49,530 bases of DNA. Origin: Escherichia phage grams. The number at the start of each line of letters is the position of its first letter. Positions within the stretch are counted from its first letter, which is position 1. The notes below the pieces were generated by a model. It saw only the letters and a list, made by a program, of their open reading frames with translations. It was not told where the DNA came from and did no database searches. Location of the stretch: the sequence record NC_049825.1. One strand, 5' to 3'. This document shows, piece after piece, positions 7,916 through 17,213 of the stretch. Both the position numbers and the translations under genes were made by a program.

Positions 7916-8317
7916 ATGGTAGAGTTAAACGACATTCGCGTTGGAACAAAATTTCGCGTAACCTGGGCAGATAAATATTGCGGAGTTAGCAAGGGCCAGG
8001 TTGTTACTGTGGATAGTATTTATCGCGGATGCAGCAAAGACTTTCGCCGACCACGCATCAAGAATGGCTATATCATTACTCGACAACTTGGCTTTGATCA
8101 TTATTGCGTAGTGGCAACTCAAGGCGTTTTGATTGAGCTTAAGCGAATCAGCGATCATCGCGGCTGCCATGTTAAGACAATGAAAATTCCATTTCTGCGA
8201 GCGCGATACGATGCGCGACGTATGCGCCGACTTGCTCGCAATGCGATCAAGTTCAAAAAGCCTGATAATGTTCTTTACGGCATGTACAAGGGGATTGCGC
8301 GAAATGCTGGGAAATAA
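7916..8317 (+). CDS. hypothetical protein (133 aa), basic C-terminus
   Basis: Internal ATG of track ORF with RBS GAGAGGAAA. Confidence 0.5.
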   Translation: MVELNDIRVGTKFRVTWADKYCGVSKGQVVTVDSIYRGCSKDFRRPRIKNGYIITRQLGFDHYCVVATQGVLIELKRISDHRGCHVKTMKIPFLRARYDARRMRRLARNAIKFKKPDNVLYGMYKGIARNAGK

Positions 8318-8435
8318 CAACAACGCAACCAATCCTAAGCCACCGTTTGATTTTCATGAAATCATGATTGTGTTATTCTTGATTCTCTTAGTTATTTATT
8401 CAGTGAGGGCCGCACTATGGTTTTTAACGCACTAA
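8304..8435 (+). CDS. small membrane protein (43 aa)
   Basis: MLGNNNNATNPKPPFDFHEIMIVLFLILLVIYSVRAALWFLTH; weak RBS; overlaps end of upstream gene. Confidence 0.3.
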   Translation: MLGNNNNATNPKPPFDFHEIMIVLFLILLVIYSVRAALWFLTH

Positions 8436-8680
8436 AACGAATCTTTAAACCTGAATACCGGATCGTTGCTTGCACAGAATGCAAGATTTATTACCTGCAA
8501 CGCCGCCGCGTTATTAGTGGCGATTGGGAATATCTGACGGATGATGCTTTCGGCTTTTGGGCTATGGAGTTCAATAGCTACAGTGAAGCGCGTGAGTACG
8601 CTAAAAAGTTGCACAAGTTCCGACCTTACAAACTGCGTTTGCTGGTTGTCAAAAAGTGCGACGTATGGGATCACGAATGA
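8417..8680 (+). CDS. hypothetical protein (87 aa)
   Basis: ORF with RBS GAGGG. Confidence 0.5.
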   Translation: MVFNALKRIFKPEYRIVACTECKIYYLQRRRVISGDWEYLTDDAFGFWAMEFNSYSEAREYAKKLHKFRPYKLRLLVVKKCDVWDHE

Positions 8681-8856
8681 AAAGAGTAATTATCATTTTT
8701 ATTGCCGTTATCGCTGGTTGTTACCTGGCTTATAATTATAGCGGCATTGTTGAGTCAATCGGCGGGTTGATTATCTTCATGGCTGGCGGGTATGCTGGCT
8801 ATTGTGATGGATTCGAAAACGGAAAGCGATACATGCTGACCGAAAAAAAGAAGTAA
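8677..8856 (+). CDS. small membrane protein (59 aa)
   Basis: MKRVIIIFIAVIAGCYLAYNYSGIVESIGGLIIFMAGGYAG...; ATGA overlap with upstream stop. Confidence 0.45.
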   Translation: MKRVIIIFIAVIAGCYLAYNYSGIVESIGGLIIFMAGGYAGYCDGFENGKRYMLTEKKK

Positions 8857-8899
8857 TGTTAACCGCGCCGCTTCGGTGGCGCTAAAAGGAGGAAACAAA

Positions 8900-9208
8900 A
8901 TGGCTAAAAGCAATCGTAAAATGTTGATTAACGCATTCGAAAAGGCAGCACTTGAGCGTGGTTGGAATGACTCATTTCACACAGCAAACTGTATCCGCCG
9001 TTACGGATTCAAGAATTGCCGCTCATGGGCGCGTGAAATGGCTTCATGGTATGATTTTGATGCTCATTATCTTGATATGGATTGCGCCATGGTTGAAATG
9101 GATTGCGCCATGGTTGAAATGATTGAGCAGGCCGCACTAGAGGATCGACCATTAACGCAATCTGATTTTGACGATTTTGTGCGCGATGAAATCTATTACA
9201 TGAGCTAA
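8900..9208 (+). CDS. hypothetical protein (102 aa) containing an in-frame 21-bp tandem duplication
   Basis: ATG at 8900 with RBS AAAGGAGGAAACAAA; duplicated peptide MDCAMVE. Confidence 0.5.
   Translation: MAKSNRKMLINAFEKAALERGWNDSFHTANCIRRYGFKNCRSWAREMASWYDFDAHYLDMDCAMVEMDCAMVEMIEQAALEDRPLTQSDFDDFVRDEIYYMS
9079..9120 (+). repeat. perfect 2 x 21-bp tandem direct repeat inside CDS
   Basis: GGATTGCGCCATGGTTGAAAT repeated twice. Confidence 0.9.
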
Positions 9209-9251
9209 TAGCACTTTTTGTTAAAACTTCCGCGAGGGCATTTGTTAAAGT
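9206..9251 (+). promoter_or_regulatory. conserved 22-bp element plus -10-like TAAAGT
   Basis: TAATAGCACTTTTTGTTAAAAC-N18-TAAAGT (preceded by TG); stop TAA inside element. Confidence 0.5.
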
Positions 9252-9283
9252 GTCCTCATTGAAGCGAAACAGAGGAAATCAAA

Positions 9284-9496
9284 ATGAAAATTCGAATCAC
9301 CAGGGTTGACATTGACCGTAACGACGGAAGCATTACCCTTGAGCAATGCGGATTCAAAGTTGGTGACATTGTAGAGGTTGACGGATTCTTTCGCGATGGT
9401 TCTTACTGCGTGTTAGCAATCCGCAACACGGAAGAAATTCGAATCGGTGATAACATCGGCGTAAACCATGACGAATGCGAGGTAGTAGAAGAATGA
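9284..9496 (+). CDS. hypothetical protein (70 aa)
   Basis: ORF with RBS AGAGGAAA. Confidence 0.5.
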   Translation: MKIRITRVDIDRNDGSITLEQCGFKVGDIVEVDGFFRDGSYCVLAIRNTEEIRIGDNIGVNHDECEVVEE

Positions 9497-9726
9497 TCAC
9501 GATTAACCTTTCAGAGAAGCAAGCATATCAAGTGATGCGCTACATTTCTGGCTTTGGTATGGAAGGCGCTATGGGTGAGGTTGCGGATCAGATTTGCCGT
9601 CAACTTACACCAGCACCAACGCGAGCGGCAGAAACTGCAGCATGGCGCAACGAGGCTGGATACATCCAGAAAGCTATTGAAGACTGGAAGCGCAAAAACG
9701 AGACTGCGGAGGATGCAGGATTATGA
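9493..9726 (+). CDS. hypothetical protein (77 aa)
   Basis: ATG overlapping upstream stop (ATGA). Confidence 0.5.
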   Translation: MITINLSEKQAYQVMRYISGFGMEGAMGEVADQICRQLTPAPTRAAETAAWRNEAGYIQKAIEDWKRKNETAEDAGL

Positions 9727-10037
9727 TTTACATTCACTACTACCAGATCGGGACAAACGAAAACAAGCAGGAGCGCAGAGCAATTTGTGACACGCTCGAC
9801 GATGCGAAAGCACAGCAACGCGTTTTGGGTGGCGTAATTCAGGCTTTTGAGTCAGTGGAAGACATAGAGCGCCGAGAGCATTTGAAAGAGATTGTTGTTG
9901 ATGAAATTTCATCACTAATCGACGACATGACAAATCACGGGCCTGGTTCTCCGTGGGAAGAAGCCGGATCGACGGAGTGGGATTGCGCTAAAGTTGCAAC
10001 GCTTAACAACTTTCGTGAGTTGCTAGACGATTTTTAA
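9723..10037 (+). CDS. hypothetical acidic protein (104 aa)
   Basis: ATG overlapping upstream stop. Confidence 0.5.
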   Translation: MIYIHYYQIGTNENKQERRAICDTLDDAKAQQRVLGGVIQAFESVEDIERREHLKEIVVDEISSLIDDMTNHGPGSPWEEAGSTEWDCAKVATLNNFRELLDDF

Positions 10038-10107
10038 TTAAAATTGAATGCCTCATACAGCGAACAGGACGCATTTTGACGAGGTATTTTTTATGTAAGG
10101 TGATTCA

Positions 10108-10236
10108 ATGGGTAGCTATATAAAACCGTCGCAATGGTGCTCACAGAAGCAAGAGGAAGCATTGGAGCGCGACGATACTGAAACAGCAATGCACTATTTC
10201 GAAATGTACAACTTGTGGAAGGGTAGAGGTCTGTAA
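10108..10236 (+). CDS. small protein (42 aa)
   Basis: RBS AAGGTGA; stop overlaps next start (TAATG); below track cut-off. Confidence 0.35.
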   Translation: MGSYIKPSQWCSQKQEEALERDDTETAMHYFEMYNLWKGRGL

Positions 10237-10466
10237 TGTTTGGAATGAACGAGGCACAATTCAACGCTGCAAAACGCCAGGCTAAGAAGTGCGGCGAGGC
10301 AATGAAGGCGGATGTTGAAAAGCGCGGGAAGTATGTTGATGAAGTCATGAAGGGCATTATTGCCGAACATTATCAGCCAGTTGCGCCAATGCTGACAATT
10401 ACACAATTCATCTGGTTGTGTGGTTATCTTCGTGGGAGATGGGGAAACGCATTTGACCGCGAATGA
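10236..10466 (+). CDS. hypothetical protein (76 aa)
   Basis: ORF in operon context. Confidence 0.5.
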   Translation: MFGMNEAQFNAAKRQAKKCGEAMKADVEKRGKYVDEVMKGIIAEHYQPVAPMLTITQFIWLCGYLRGRWGNAFDRE

Positions 10467-10495
10467 TTGACAACGATTTCCTGATTGGTTAGCAT
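10467..10495 (+). promoter_or_regulatory. canonical sigma70 promoter
   Basis: TTGACA-N17-TAGCAT directly after stop codon of upstream gene. Confidence 0.5.
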
Positions 10496-10555
10496 ATTCA
10501 GCGTTTACATAAGAGCGGCATTAGTGCCGAACGGGTGGCGCGGTTGCCACGCAAC

Positions 10556-10620
10556 AATGGCGATGTGCTGGAGGTTATTGCGATGCAATATAATCCGTAA
10601 GACGTATCGCCTTTTTTTTT
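10556..10620 (+). terminator. candidate intrinsic terminator with long structured loop
   Basis: GGCGAT ... ATCGCC stem closing a structured region, followed by T9. Confidence 0.4.
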
Positions 10621-10632
10621 ATAGGTGAATAT

Positions 10633-10866
10633 ATGGAAAAGTACAAATTAACTTTCATGTTTAATAGCATGGTGATGAATCCCTTAAATGGTTACGCTTG
10701 CAATAGCTTTTCTGTTACCGTTAATGAGGATGAAATTGATGATGATGGAAAATTCATTCGAATTGGTGAATACTTGTACCCAGTGCACAATATCAATTGC
10801 ATCAAACGCGAGATCGTAAAAGATGAAGTACAAGGTAAGGTTGACGATCAGGCGAATGGGGCGTAA
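10633..10866 (+). CDS. hypothetical protein (77 aa)
   Basis: ORF with RBS AGGTGA. Confidence 0.5.
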   Translation: MEKYKLTFMFNSMVMNPLNGYACNSFSVTVNEDEIDDDGKFIRIGEYLYPVHNINCIKREIVKDEVQGKVDDQANGA

Positions 10867-11008
10867 TTGCTCGTCATGTAGACAAAGTTTTGAATGTGAG
10901 GTTGAAGCGCGCGGAGAGCTTGAGGCAGCAGCAAGAGCAAAAGAGTTGTCCGGCGCTAATCAAGACACTCACCAGTTTTCAATAGATCTTGTAAGGAAAA
11001 TGTCATGA
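10823..11008 (+). CDS. hypothetical small protein; start uncertain (10823 or 10856)
   Basis: ORF overlapping end of upstream gene; weak RBS. Confidence 0.25.
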   Translation: MKYKVRLTIRRMGRNCSSCRQSFECEVEARGELEAAARAKELSGANQDTHQFSIDLVRKMS

Positions 11009-11244
11009 GTTCTGTAATTATTGGTTTGGTTGCTTTAATCATTGGTGTTCTAATCGGCTTTGTTGCTGTATCTTTCGTGGTGGCTGTTGGTGTTCGCTAT
11101 AAGTCAAAAAAAGGTGAATTTGCTTTAGCGTTTTGGGATGAAGATCAGAAAGTTTGGCAGGTTCGCGGTCACTACTTATCAATCGGTGGCAGGATTCACA
11201 GCACTATGAAGACAAATCCAGAAAAAGTAAAATACAAGTATTGA
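11005..11244 (+). CDS. membrane-anchored protein (79 aa)
   Basis: N-terminal TM helix VIIGLVALIIGVLIGFVAVSFVVAV. Confidence 0.5.
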   Translation: MSSVIIGLVALIIGVLIGFVAVSFVVAVGVRYKSKKGEFALAFWDEDQKVWQVRGHYLSIGGRIHSTMKTNPEKVKYKY

Positions 11245-11251
11245 ACAACTA

Positions 11252-11275
11252 CCCGCCAAATGGCGGGTTTTTTAT
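11252..11275 (+). terminator. intrinsic terminator
   Basis: CCCGCCAAATGGCGGG followed by T-run. Confidence 0.7.
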
Positions 11276-11324
11276 TGCCTGCAATTTGTCTATAATGATG
11301 CTTTGTTATAAAGGAGGGCGCATT

Positions 11325-11846
11325 ATGGCTAAAAACGTTGAGCCAGCAGTAAAGGCTTGCAATTTTAAAAAACTATATAATAAGCAATATGGCGATATAG
11401 CAAAAATGACAAAGGCGCACAAGTACACGCCGGAGCAGGTATTTGATCTGGCTGTTCGTTACTTTACGTGGGCTGAGGAAAACCATATACAGGCTGCGGA
11501 AACGGCATCCTTTCAGGGTGACGTATACGAAAGTAAGATTCACAAGCCGCGCGTGTTCACCTTAAATGGATTCCGCTTATTCGCTGGCCTTTCTGCTTCC
11601 GTGCTTGAAAAATGGCGACGCGAGCCAGGATTCAGCGATGTTATGGACTTTATCGACGGCGTTGTTTACGAGCAAAAATTCCAGCTTGCTGCAAACAATA
11701 TTGTTAACGCCGGATTCATTGGTAAAGAGATCGGCATTGAAAAGCCAGCTACCGTTACCATTGAGAATAACACAAGCGCAAGCGTTGACGCTGTAACGGC
11801 GGAGGAAGTCAAAGAGGCGGTAATTGACATTCTGGAGAAGATATAA
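11325..11846 (+). CDS. terminase small subunit (putative)
   Basis: 173 aa ORF immediately upstream of and overlapping terminase large subunit; RBS AAAGGAGGG; assignment by position and size. Confidence 0.5.
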   Translation: MAKNVEPAVKACNFKKLYNKQYGDIAKMTKAHKYTPEQVFDLAVRYFTWAEENHIQAAETASFQGDVYESKIHKPRVFTLNGFRLFAGLSASVLEKWRREPGFSDVMDFIDGVVYEQKFQLAANNIVNAGFIGKEIGIEKPATVTIENNTSASVDAVTAEEVKEAVIDILEKI

Positions 11847-13414
11847 TGCTGATTTGGGAAGACTTAACAGCGGCGCAGAAACGCGCCGTTAAGGAAATGA
11901 GCGAATATTCATTCGAAAAGATGATCCGCATTTGGTTTCAATTATTGCAAGGTCAGAAATTCTTAGGAAACTGGCATTTCAGCTACCTATGTAGCGAAGT
12001 TGAAAAAATCATCAAAGGCGAGTCACAGAACGTAATTTTCAACATAACGCCAGGCAGCGGTAAAACAGAGATATTCTCGATCCATATGTCACCTTATGCG
12101 TCATTGAAAAGTAAGAAGGTGCGAAATCTTAATCTTTCGTTTAGTGATGGCCTTGTCCAGCAGAATAGTAACCGAATTAAGGAGATTATTGGTTCTCCAG
12201 AATGGCAGGAGCTATGGCCAGGAAAGCTGGCAAAGGCGAGCGCAAAGGATTTGATTGTAACCGATGGCGGCAAGGTTAAGTTACAAGTTAACTCGCGTTC
12301 TATCGGTGGTCAGGTTACTGGTCTGCGTGGCGGCTACATGGACGATGGATTTACTGGTATGCTGGTTCTTGATGATCCAGACAAGCCGGATGACATGCTT
12401 TCTAAGGTGAAGCGCGAAGCCGGACACATGCGCCTAAAGAACACGGTGCGATCGCGTCGAATGAAGGACACAACGCCCATCGTAATGGTCCAGCAACGGC
12501 TACACGTCAATGATTCAACATGGTTCATGACAAACGGCGGCATGGGCGGCATACAGTTTAAGGTGGTTAGTATTCCGGCGCTCGTTACTAAGGAATATCG
12601 CGAAACGCTTCCTGATTGGTTAAAGCCTGAGTTTGATCGCGATGTTTTGTCCAGTAAGCCAGTGATGATTGATGGAGTTGCTCATTATTCATTCTGGCCT
12701 GCTAAGGAAAGCGCGGAGGAATTGCTTGCGCTTCGAAATGCTGATCCGTACACGTTCGCTAGTCAGTATCAGCAACAGCCTGTTGCGCTTGGCGGTAACG
12801 TGTTTAAAACAGAGTGGTTTCAGTATTACGGCAGCAGCGAGAAATGCACGCTACCAAAACCGGATCGCTTTGAATATACATTTATCACGGTTGATACCGC
12901 ACAGAAAACAGGGGATCTTAACGACTACTCCGTGATCTGTTATTGGGGGATGTATAAAGATCGCGTTTACTTCATTGATGGTGTTCGCGGAAAATGGGAA
13001 GCACCAGACCTTGAGACTAATTTTGTTGCGTTCGTTAATCAGTGCTGGAAGCGCAATAAAGAATGCGGAACGTTGCGAAGGATTCATGTTGAAGATAAAT
13101 CGTCTGGCACTGGTTTGATTCAGAGTGCAGCGAAAAAAATAATGATCAAGATCAATCCCGTTCAGCGCGATAAAGACAAGGTTACTCGTGCAATGGACGC
13201 AGCGCCAGTAATGCGCGCCGGACGCGTAGCACTTCCAGAATCGCATCCTATGCTGGCTGAGATACTCGCTGAAGTTGCGGCGTTTACATTCGATGATTCG
13301 CATCCTCATGATGATATTGTTGATAACATCATTGATGCGGTTAACATTGAAATGAACATGGCAGATGATCCGGTAGGAAGAATGAAAAAATTGGCAGGTT
13401 TGCGGAACAAATAG
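11846..13414 (+). CDS. terminase large subunit
   Basis: 522 aa; P-loop ITPGSGKTE; N-terminal ATPase and C-terminal nuclease-sized domains; position before portal. Confidence 0.8.
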   Translation: MLIWEDLTAAQKRAVKEMSEYSFEKMIRIWFQLLQGQKFLGNWHFSYLCSEVEKIIKGESQNVIFNITPGSGKTEIFSIHMSPYASLKSKKVRNLNLSFSDGLVQQNSNRIKEIIGSPEWQELWPGKLAKASAKDLIVTDGGKVKLQVNSRSIGGQVTGLRGGYMDDGFTGMLVLDDPDKPDDMLSKVKREAGHMRLKNTVRSRRMKDTTPIVMVQQRLHVNDSTWFMTNGGMGGIQFKVVSIPALVTKEYRETLPDWLKPEFDRDVLSSKPVMIDGVAHYSFWPAKESAEELLALRNADPYTFASQYQQQPVALGGNVFKTEWFQYYGSSEKCTLPKPDRFEYTFITVDTAQKTGDLNDYSVICYWGMYKDRVYFIDGVRGKWEAPDLETNFVAFVNQCWKRNKECGTLRRIHVEDKSSGTGLIQSAAKKIMIKINPVQRDKDKVTRAMDAAPVMRAGRVALPESHPMLAEILAEVAAFTFDDSHPHDDIVDNIIDAVNIEMNMADDPVGRMKKLAGLRNK

Positions 13415-13440
13415 CACGAATCGACAAACCAATATATAAT
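13409..13440 (+). promoter_or_regulatory. degenerate copy of conserved element
   Basis: AAATAGCACGAATCGACAAACC followed directly by TATAAT and then a terminator hairpin; architecture differs from other copies. Confidence 0.3.
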
Positions 13441-13444
13441 CAAA

Positions 13445-13468
13445 GGCTGGTAAATCCAGCCTTTTTTA
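13445..13468 (+). terminator. intrinsic terminator
   Basis: GGCTGGTAAATCCAGCC plus T6. Confidence 0.65.
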
Positions 13469-13482
13469 TTGGAGGAAAGATA

Positions 13483-14763
13483 ATGAGTAAATCACGAATC
13501 GTTAAGGCTGACGGCTACAACGAGATCTTTAAAGGCGAGAATTGCAAATCGCGAGTAGAGCAACCATTCTACATGCAGTCAATGCCATACAAGACGCTTG
13601 CTGACTTTTACGAAAAAGATGGCCTGGCAAAAAGGATTATTGACGTAGTGCCAGAGGAAATGGTTTCCCCTGGCTTTACTGTTGACGGCGTGGCAGACGA
13701 GGCAGCATTCCGTTCTTTGTGGGATGAGAAGCGATTGAATGCAAAAATTATTGATGCGCTTTGCTGGTCGCGTTTGTTTGGCGGATCTGCAATCATTGCT
13801 CTTGTTCAGGATGGGCGAGCGCTCAAATCACCTGTAAAGCCTGGTGCCATGTTGGAGGATGTGCGAGTTTACGATCGCTATCAGATTCGCGTTGAAGCGC
13901 GCGAAACTAATCCCCGCAAGGTTCGCTATGGTGAGCCAGTGCTTTACACTGTAACGCCAGGCGGAGACTTGCCGGAATACCAGGTACACTACACGCGCGT
14001 TTGCATTATCGACGGTGAGCGGATACCTAACGCAAAGCGACGCAGCAATGATGGCTGGGGTGAGTCAGTTCTTAACAAGCGACTTGTTGAGGCTATTGTT
14101 GATTATAACTATTGTGAAACATTGGCAACGCAATTATTGCGGCGTAAGCAACAGGCGGTATGGAAGGCTAAAGGACTCGCTGACTTGTGCGATGATGAGG
14201 AAGGTGTTAGCGCGGCACGCCTGAGACTTGCGCAGGTTGACGATGAGGGCGGCGTAGGCAAGGCCATTGGTATTGATGCTGAGGATGAGGAATATGATGT
14301 TCTTAACTCTGACATTAGCGGAGTTGATTCTTTTCTGGAAAAGAAAATGGATCGCATAGTTTCCCTTTCAGGTATTCATGAAATCATCCTGAAAAATAAA
14401 AACGTTGGCGGCGTTAGCGCAAGCCAAAACACGGCGCTTGAAACATTCTATAAACTTATTGAGCGAAAACGCGTTGAGGATTACAAGCCTATCCTTGAAT
14501 TTCTATTGCCGTTCATCATTAGTGAGCAGGAGTGGAGCATTGAGTTTTCACCTTTGAGCGTGCCTAGCGATAAAGATCAGGCTGAAATTCTGAATAAGAA
14601 TATCGACTCAATCAGCAAGGCTATTGATGGTCAGTTCCTTGATGTTGAAGAAGCGCGAGACACGTTGCGAGCAATCGCCCCAAGCGTTAAACTAAAGGAC
14701 ACTAATAAAATCAAGCTGCCGGATCCAACGGAGCCGGAGCCAGGCACACAGGGGAATGAGTAA
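13483..14763 (+). CDS. portal protein
   Basis: 426 aa ORF between terminase and head morphogenesis genes; RBS GGAGGAAAG. Confidence 0.75.
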   Translation: MSKSRIVKADGYNEIFKGENCKSRVEQPFYMQSMPYKTLADFYEKDGLAKRIIDVVPEEMVSPGFTVDGVADEAAFRSLWDEKRLNAKIIDALCWSRLFGGSAIIALVQDGRALKSPVKPGAMLEDVRVYDRYQIRVEARETNPRKVRYGEPVLYTVTPGGDLPEYQVHYTRVCIIDGERIPNAKRRSNDGWGESVLNKRLVEAIVDYNYCETLATQLLRRKQQAVWKAKGLADLCDDEEGVSAARLRLAQVDDEGGVGKAIGIDAEDEEYDVLNSDISGVDSFLEKKMDRIVSLSGIHEIILKNKNVGGVSASQNTALETFYKLIERKRVEDYKPILEFLLPFIISEQEWSIEFSPLSVPSDKDQAEILNKNIDSISKAIDGQFLDVEEARDTLRAIAPSVKLKDTNKIKLPDPTEPEPGTQGNE

Positions 14764-15527
14764 TGAAAGTGAAGGGCGTCGTTAAACAATGGCGCTTTCC
14801 TGAAGCAAGCGAGCGGCAATTTAGCCGCTCAATTCAGGAGGCAATTAGAGATCTTGTAGTTCTCATGCGCAAGCGAACAAAAGCGATGAAGTTTGACGCA
14901 ACAGATAATGAGATCAACAGCGCAGAAGATGAAATTAACAGCCTGGCAACTGACCTTATAGCTGGCATTGTTTCCACTCTTCCTGCAATCGCGTTGACCA
15001 TTTATAAATTCAATGCGAAGCAGTTTATCAATGTTGCCAAGTCAACTGGCGGAAAGGATAATACGGCGGTAATTGTTTTGATCGCTGTTGGCGCTAACGC
15101 TAACGAGGATTGGTATCAGACGCTTTACGGTCAATGGTACGGCCTTACAGAATCATCGCTAAGGAAGTTATTCACAAATATTGTGTCTGACTGGTCAACA
15201 AACATTCGCAATGCAAACTTTCGCGGAAGCAATGATAAACAGGTTAATGATCTTGCAGAAAAGAGATTTGCTGTTTATAGCTCCTGGGGTAAAACTAGAT
15301 CAGAAAACATTATCGGCGCGTGGAATAGTCGCCTGATGCGCCAGCGCCTTTATGATGCTAAGGTGACTCATTATTTCTGGCATGGAATGTTAGATGATAG
15401 AGAGCGCTTGCAGCATGTGTTATGGGAAGGTAAAAGAATAGCGCTTGATGCAATTCATGATTTCCCTGGTGAGCCGTGGGGTTGCCGTTGCTGGGCGATT
15501 CCAGATTGGAATAATAAAGGAGAGTAA
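14763..15527 (+). CDS. head morphogenesis protein (Mu F / SPP1 gp7-like)
   Basis: 254 aa; C-terminal WGCRCW block typical of this family; position after portal. Confidence 0.6.
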   Translation: MKVKGVVKQWRFPEASERQFSRSIQEAIRDLVVLMRKRTKAMKFDATDNEINSAEDEINSLATDLIAGIVSTLPAIALTIYKFNAKQFINVAKSTGGKDNTAVIVLIAVGANANEDWYQTLYGQWYGLTESSLRKLFTNIVSDWSTNIRNANFRGSNDKQVNDLAEKRFAVYSSWGKTRSENIIGAWNSRLMRQRLYDAKVTHYFWHGMLDDRERLQHVLWEGKRIALDAIHDFPGEPWGCRCWAIPDWNNKGE

Positions 15528-15530
15528 TTA

Positions 15531-16643
15531 ATGAAGGCAAAACAAAGATTTGATAGCGTCCAGGTTAAGGCGCATTTTGATGATAATGGCTTTTTAGTGG
15601 ATCGCCCAATTGTGGCGCGAATTGGTTTGCAGGAGTACCGCACACCGTATGGAATCAGACGAGAGTTCCGACCAGCGTCAGAGGTGTTTAAGGCTGATTC
15701 GCTTGCTACGTTCGCAGGCAAGCCGATCACTATCGGTCACGTCACGGTAACGCCAGACAATGCGGATCAGGTTGTTGTTGGTTCATGCGCTGGCGCTGGT
15801 GTTCCAAATGGGATTGGCGTTGAAGTTCCGTTAAGCATTTACTCAAAGCGAGCAATTGAGAGTGCAAAAAAGAAAGACACGGCGGAAATTTCAGTTGGTT
15901 ACACATCGGTTGATATTGACAAGCCAGGCTGGGGTAATAATAAAACTGGTGATTACTTGTTTGAGGAAGACCTCAAGGAAGACTGGAAGCCTGATTCTTC
16001 TGATTGGGTTAAATTTGACGCCATTCAGACGAATATCCGTGTTAATCACATTGCACTTGTCTTTCGTGGTCGTGCTGGCATTGCCAAATTAAATCTTGAT
16101 AGTGAACAGGATTTTCCGTATAGTGACGAGGTTCTAAATGACAAAGGAGATGAGGAAATGACAGTAAAAATTAAACTTGATGGCGCGGTAGAATTTGATG
16201 TTCCAAAGGCCGTTGCTGATCATATTGAGGCGTTAAAGGCAGATGCAAAAGCTGCAACCGAAAAAGCTGATGGCCTTGAGGCAGAGCGCGACGCCCTGAA
16301 AACTAAAGTCGATGGCATTCCGGCGCAGATTGCAGAAGCTGTTAAGAAGGCAAAGACTGACGCAGAAGAACACGCCAAGCTGGTTGCAGATGCAACTGAA
16401 ATTGGCATCAAGTGTGACGGATTGGACGCTAAAGCGATCAAGGTTGCTTACGTCAAAGAAGTCACTGGCGCTGATATTTCAGAAAAAGCCGATGCATATA
16501 TTGAAACAGCTTTTGACCTTGCGAAGCAGTCTGATAAAATGGCGGCGCAGCGTAAATCTGTTAAGGGCGATTCTTTCGAATCTGGCAAGAGTGAAAAAAC
16601 CGACTCCCTTGATCCGACTGCGCGTTTGAAAAAACTTAAATAA
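15531..16643 (+). CDS. scaffolding / prohead core protein (putative)
   Basis: 370 aa with long C-terminal coiled-coil-like Ala/Lys/Glu-rich region; position between portal-associated gene and capsid genes. Confidence 0.5.
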   Translation: MKAKQRFDSVQVKAHFDDNGFLVDRPIVARIGLQEYRTPYGIRREFRPASEVFKADSLATFAGKPITIGHVTVTPDNADQVVVGSCAGAGVPNGIGVEVPLSIYSKRAIESAKKKDTAEISVGYTSVDIDKPGWGNNKTGDYLFEEDLKEDWKPDSSDWVKFDAIQTNIRVNHIALVFRGRAGIAKLNLDSEQDFPYSDEVLNDKGDEEMTVKIKLDGAVEFDVPKAVADHIEALKADAKAATEKADGLEAERDALKTKVDGIPAQIAEAVKKAKTDAEEHAKLVADATEIGIKCDGLDAKAIKVAYVKEVTGADISEKADAYIETAFDLAKQSDKMAAQRKSVKGDSFESGKSEKTDSLDPTARLKKLK

Positions 16644-16655
16644 GGAGAAATAAAC

Positions 16656-17168
16656 ATGGCTACAATTGGAGCAAGTTATTTTGCTGTAATGTCTCGTGCG
16701 TTACCTGGTCAGGTTTCTGACACTTCAGCTTATAATATTGATGGCGCTTGTGTTCTTGAGAATGCGGCAGGCAATCAGAATCAGTCTGTTTTTGTTGGTG
16801 TGGCGGTCCAGCATGGCGGCGTTGATGCTATGGGCAATAAGCTAATTAAGCCGATGGCGGCAAGCGGCAAGGCTTACGGCGTTGCAATTCGATCTCACTT
16901 TCAGACAACTTCGTCTGACGGTCGAATGATTTATGAATCTGGCGGCGGAATCAACGTAATGACTGAGGGGCGTGTTTGGATGTTGGCTAAAGACGCTTCC
17001 GCTCCAGCGTTCGGCGCTACAATCAAACTTTCTGATGATGGTCAGGTTGATACCGCGTCTGGCACTATCGAAACAAACTGGATCGCGACTGGTGATTTCA
17101 CCGAGTTTCAAGGCTTGAAGCTGGTAGAGGTTCAGGTGCAAAAAGTTCCGGCAGTTTCAGCAGGTTAA
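16656..17168 (+). CDS. capsid-associated protein, paralogue 1 (decoration-like)
   Basis: 170 aa; shares GVAV...RG-VW...G-I-TG pattern with next gene. Confidence 0.4.
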   Translation: MATIGASYFAVMSRALPGQVSDTSAYNIDGACVLENAAGNQNQSVFVGVAVQHGGVDAMGNKLIKPMAASGKAYGVAIRSHFQTTSSDGRMIYESGGGINVMTEGRVWMLAKDASAPAFGATIKLSDDGQVDTASGTIETNWIATGDFTEFQGLKLVEVQVQKVPAVSAG

Positions 17169-17175
17169 TAAATAT

Positions 17176-17199
17176 GGCGCTCACTGAGCGCCTTTTTTA
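17176..17199 (+). terminator. intrinsic terminator
   Basis: GGCGCTCACTGAGCGCC plus T6. Confidence 0.7.
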
Positions 17200-17213
17200 T
17201 ATTTGGGGTTATC

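Noticed and set aside
10470-10632. Structured non-coding interval as a tRNA gene
   Set aside because: No T-arm-like GTTCGAATCC-type sequence and no recognisable cloverleaf or anticodon arm; retained only as a candidate small RNA.
12851-13432. Minus-strand ORF of 193 aa antisense to the terminase large subunit
   Set aside because: Fully contained within a strongly supported plus-strand gene; no promoter or RBS context.
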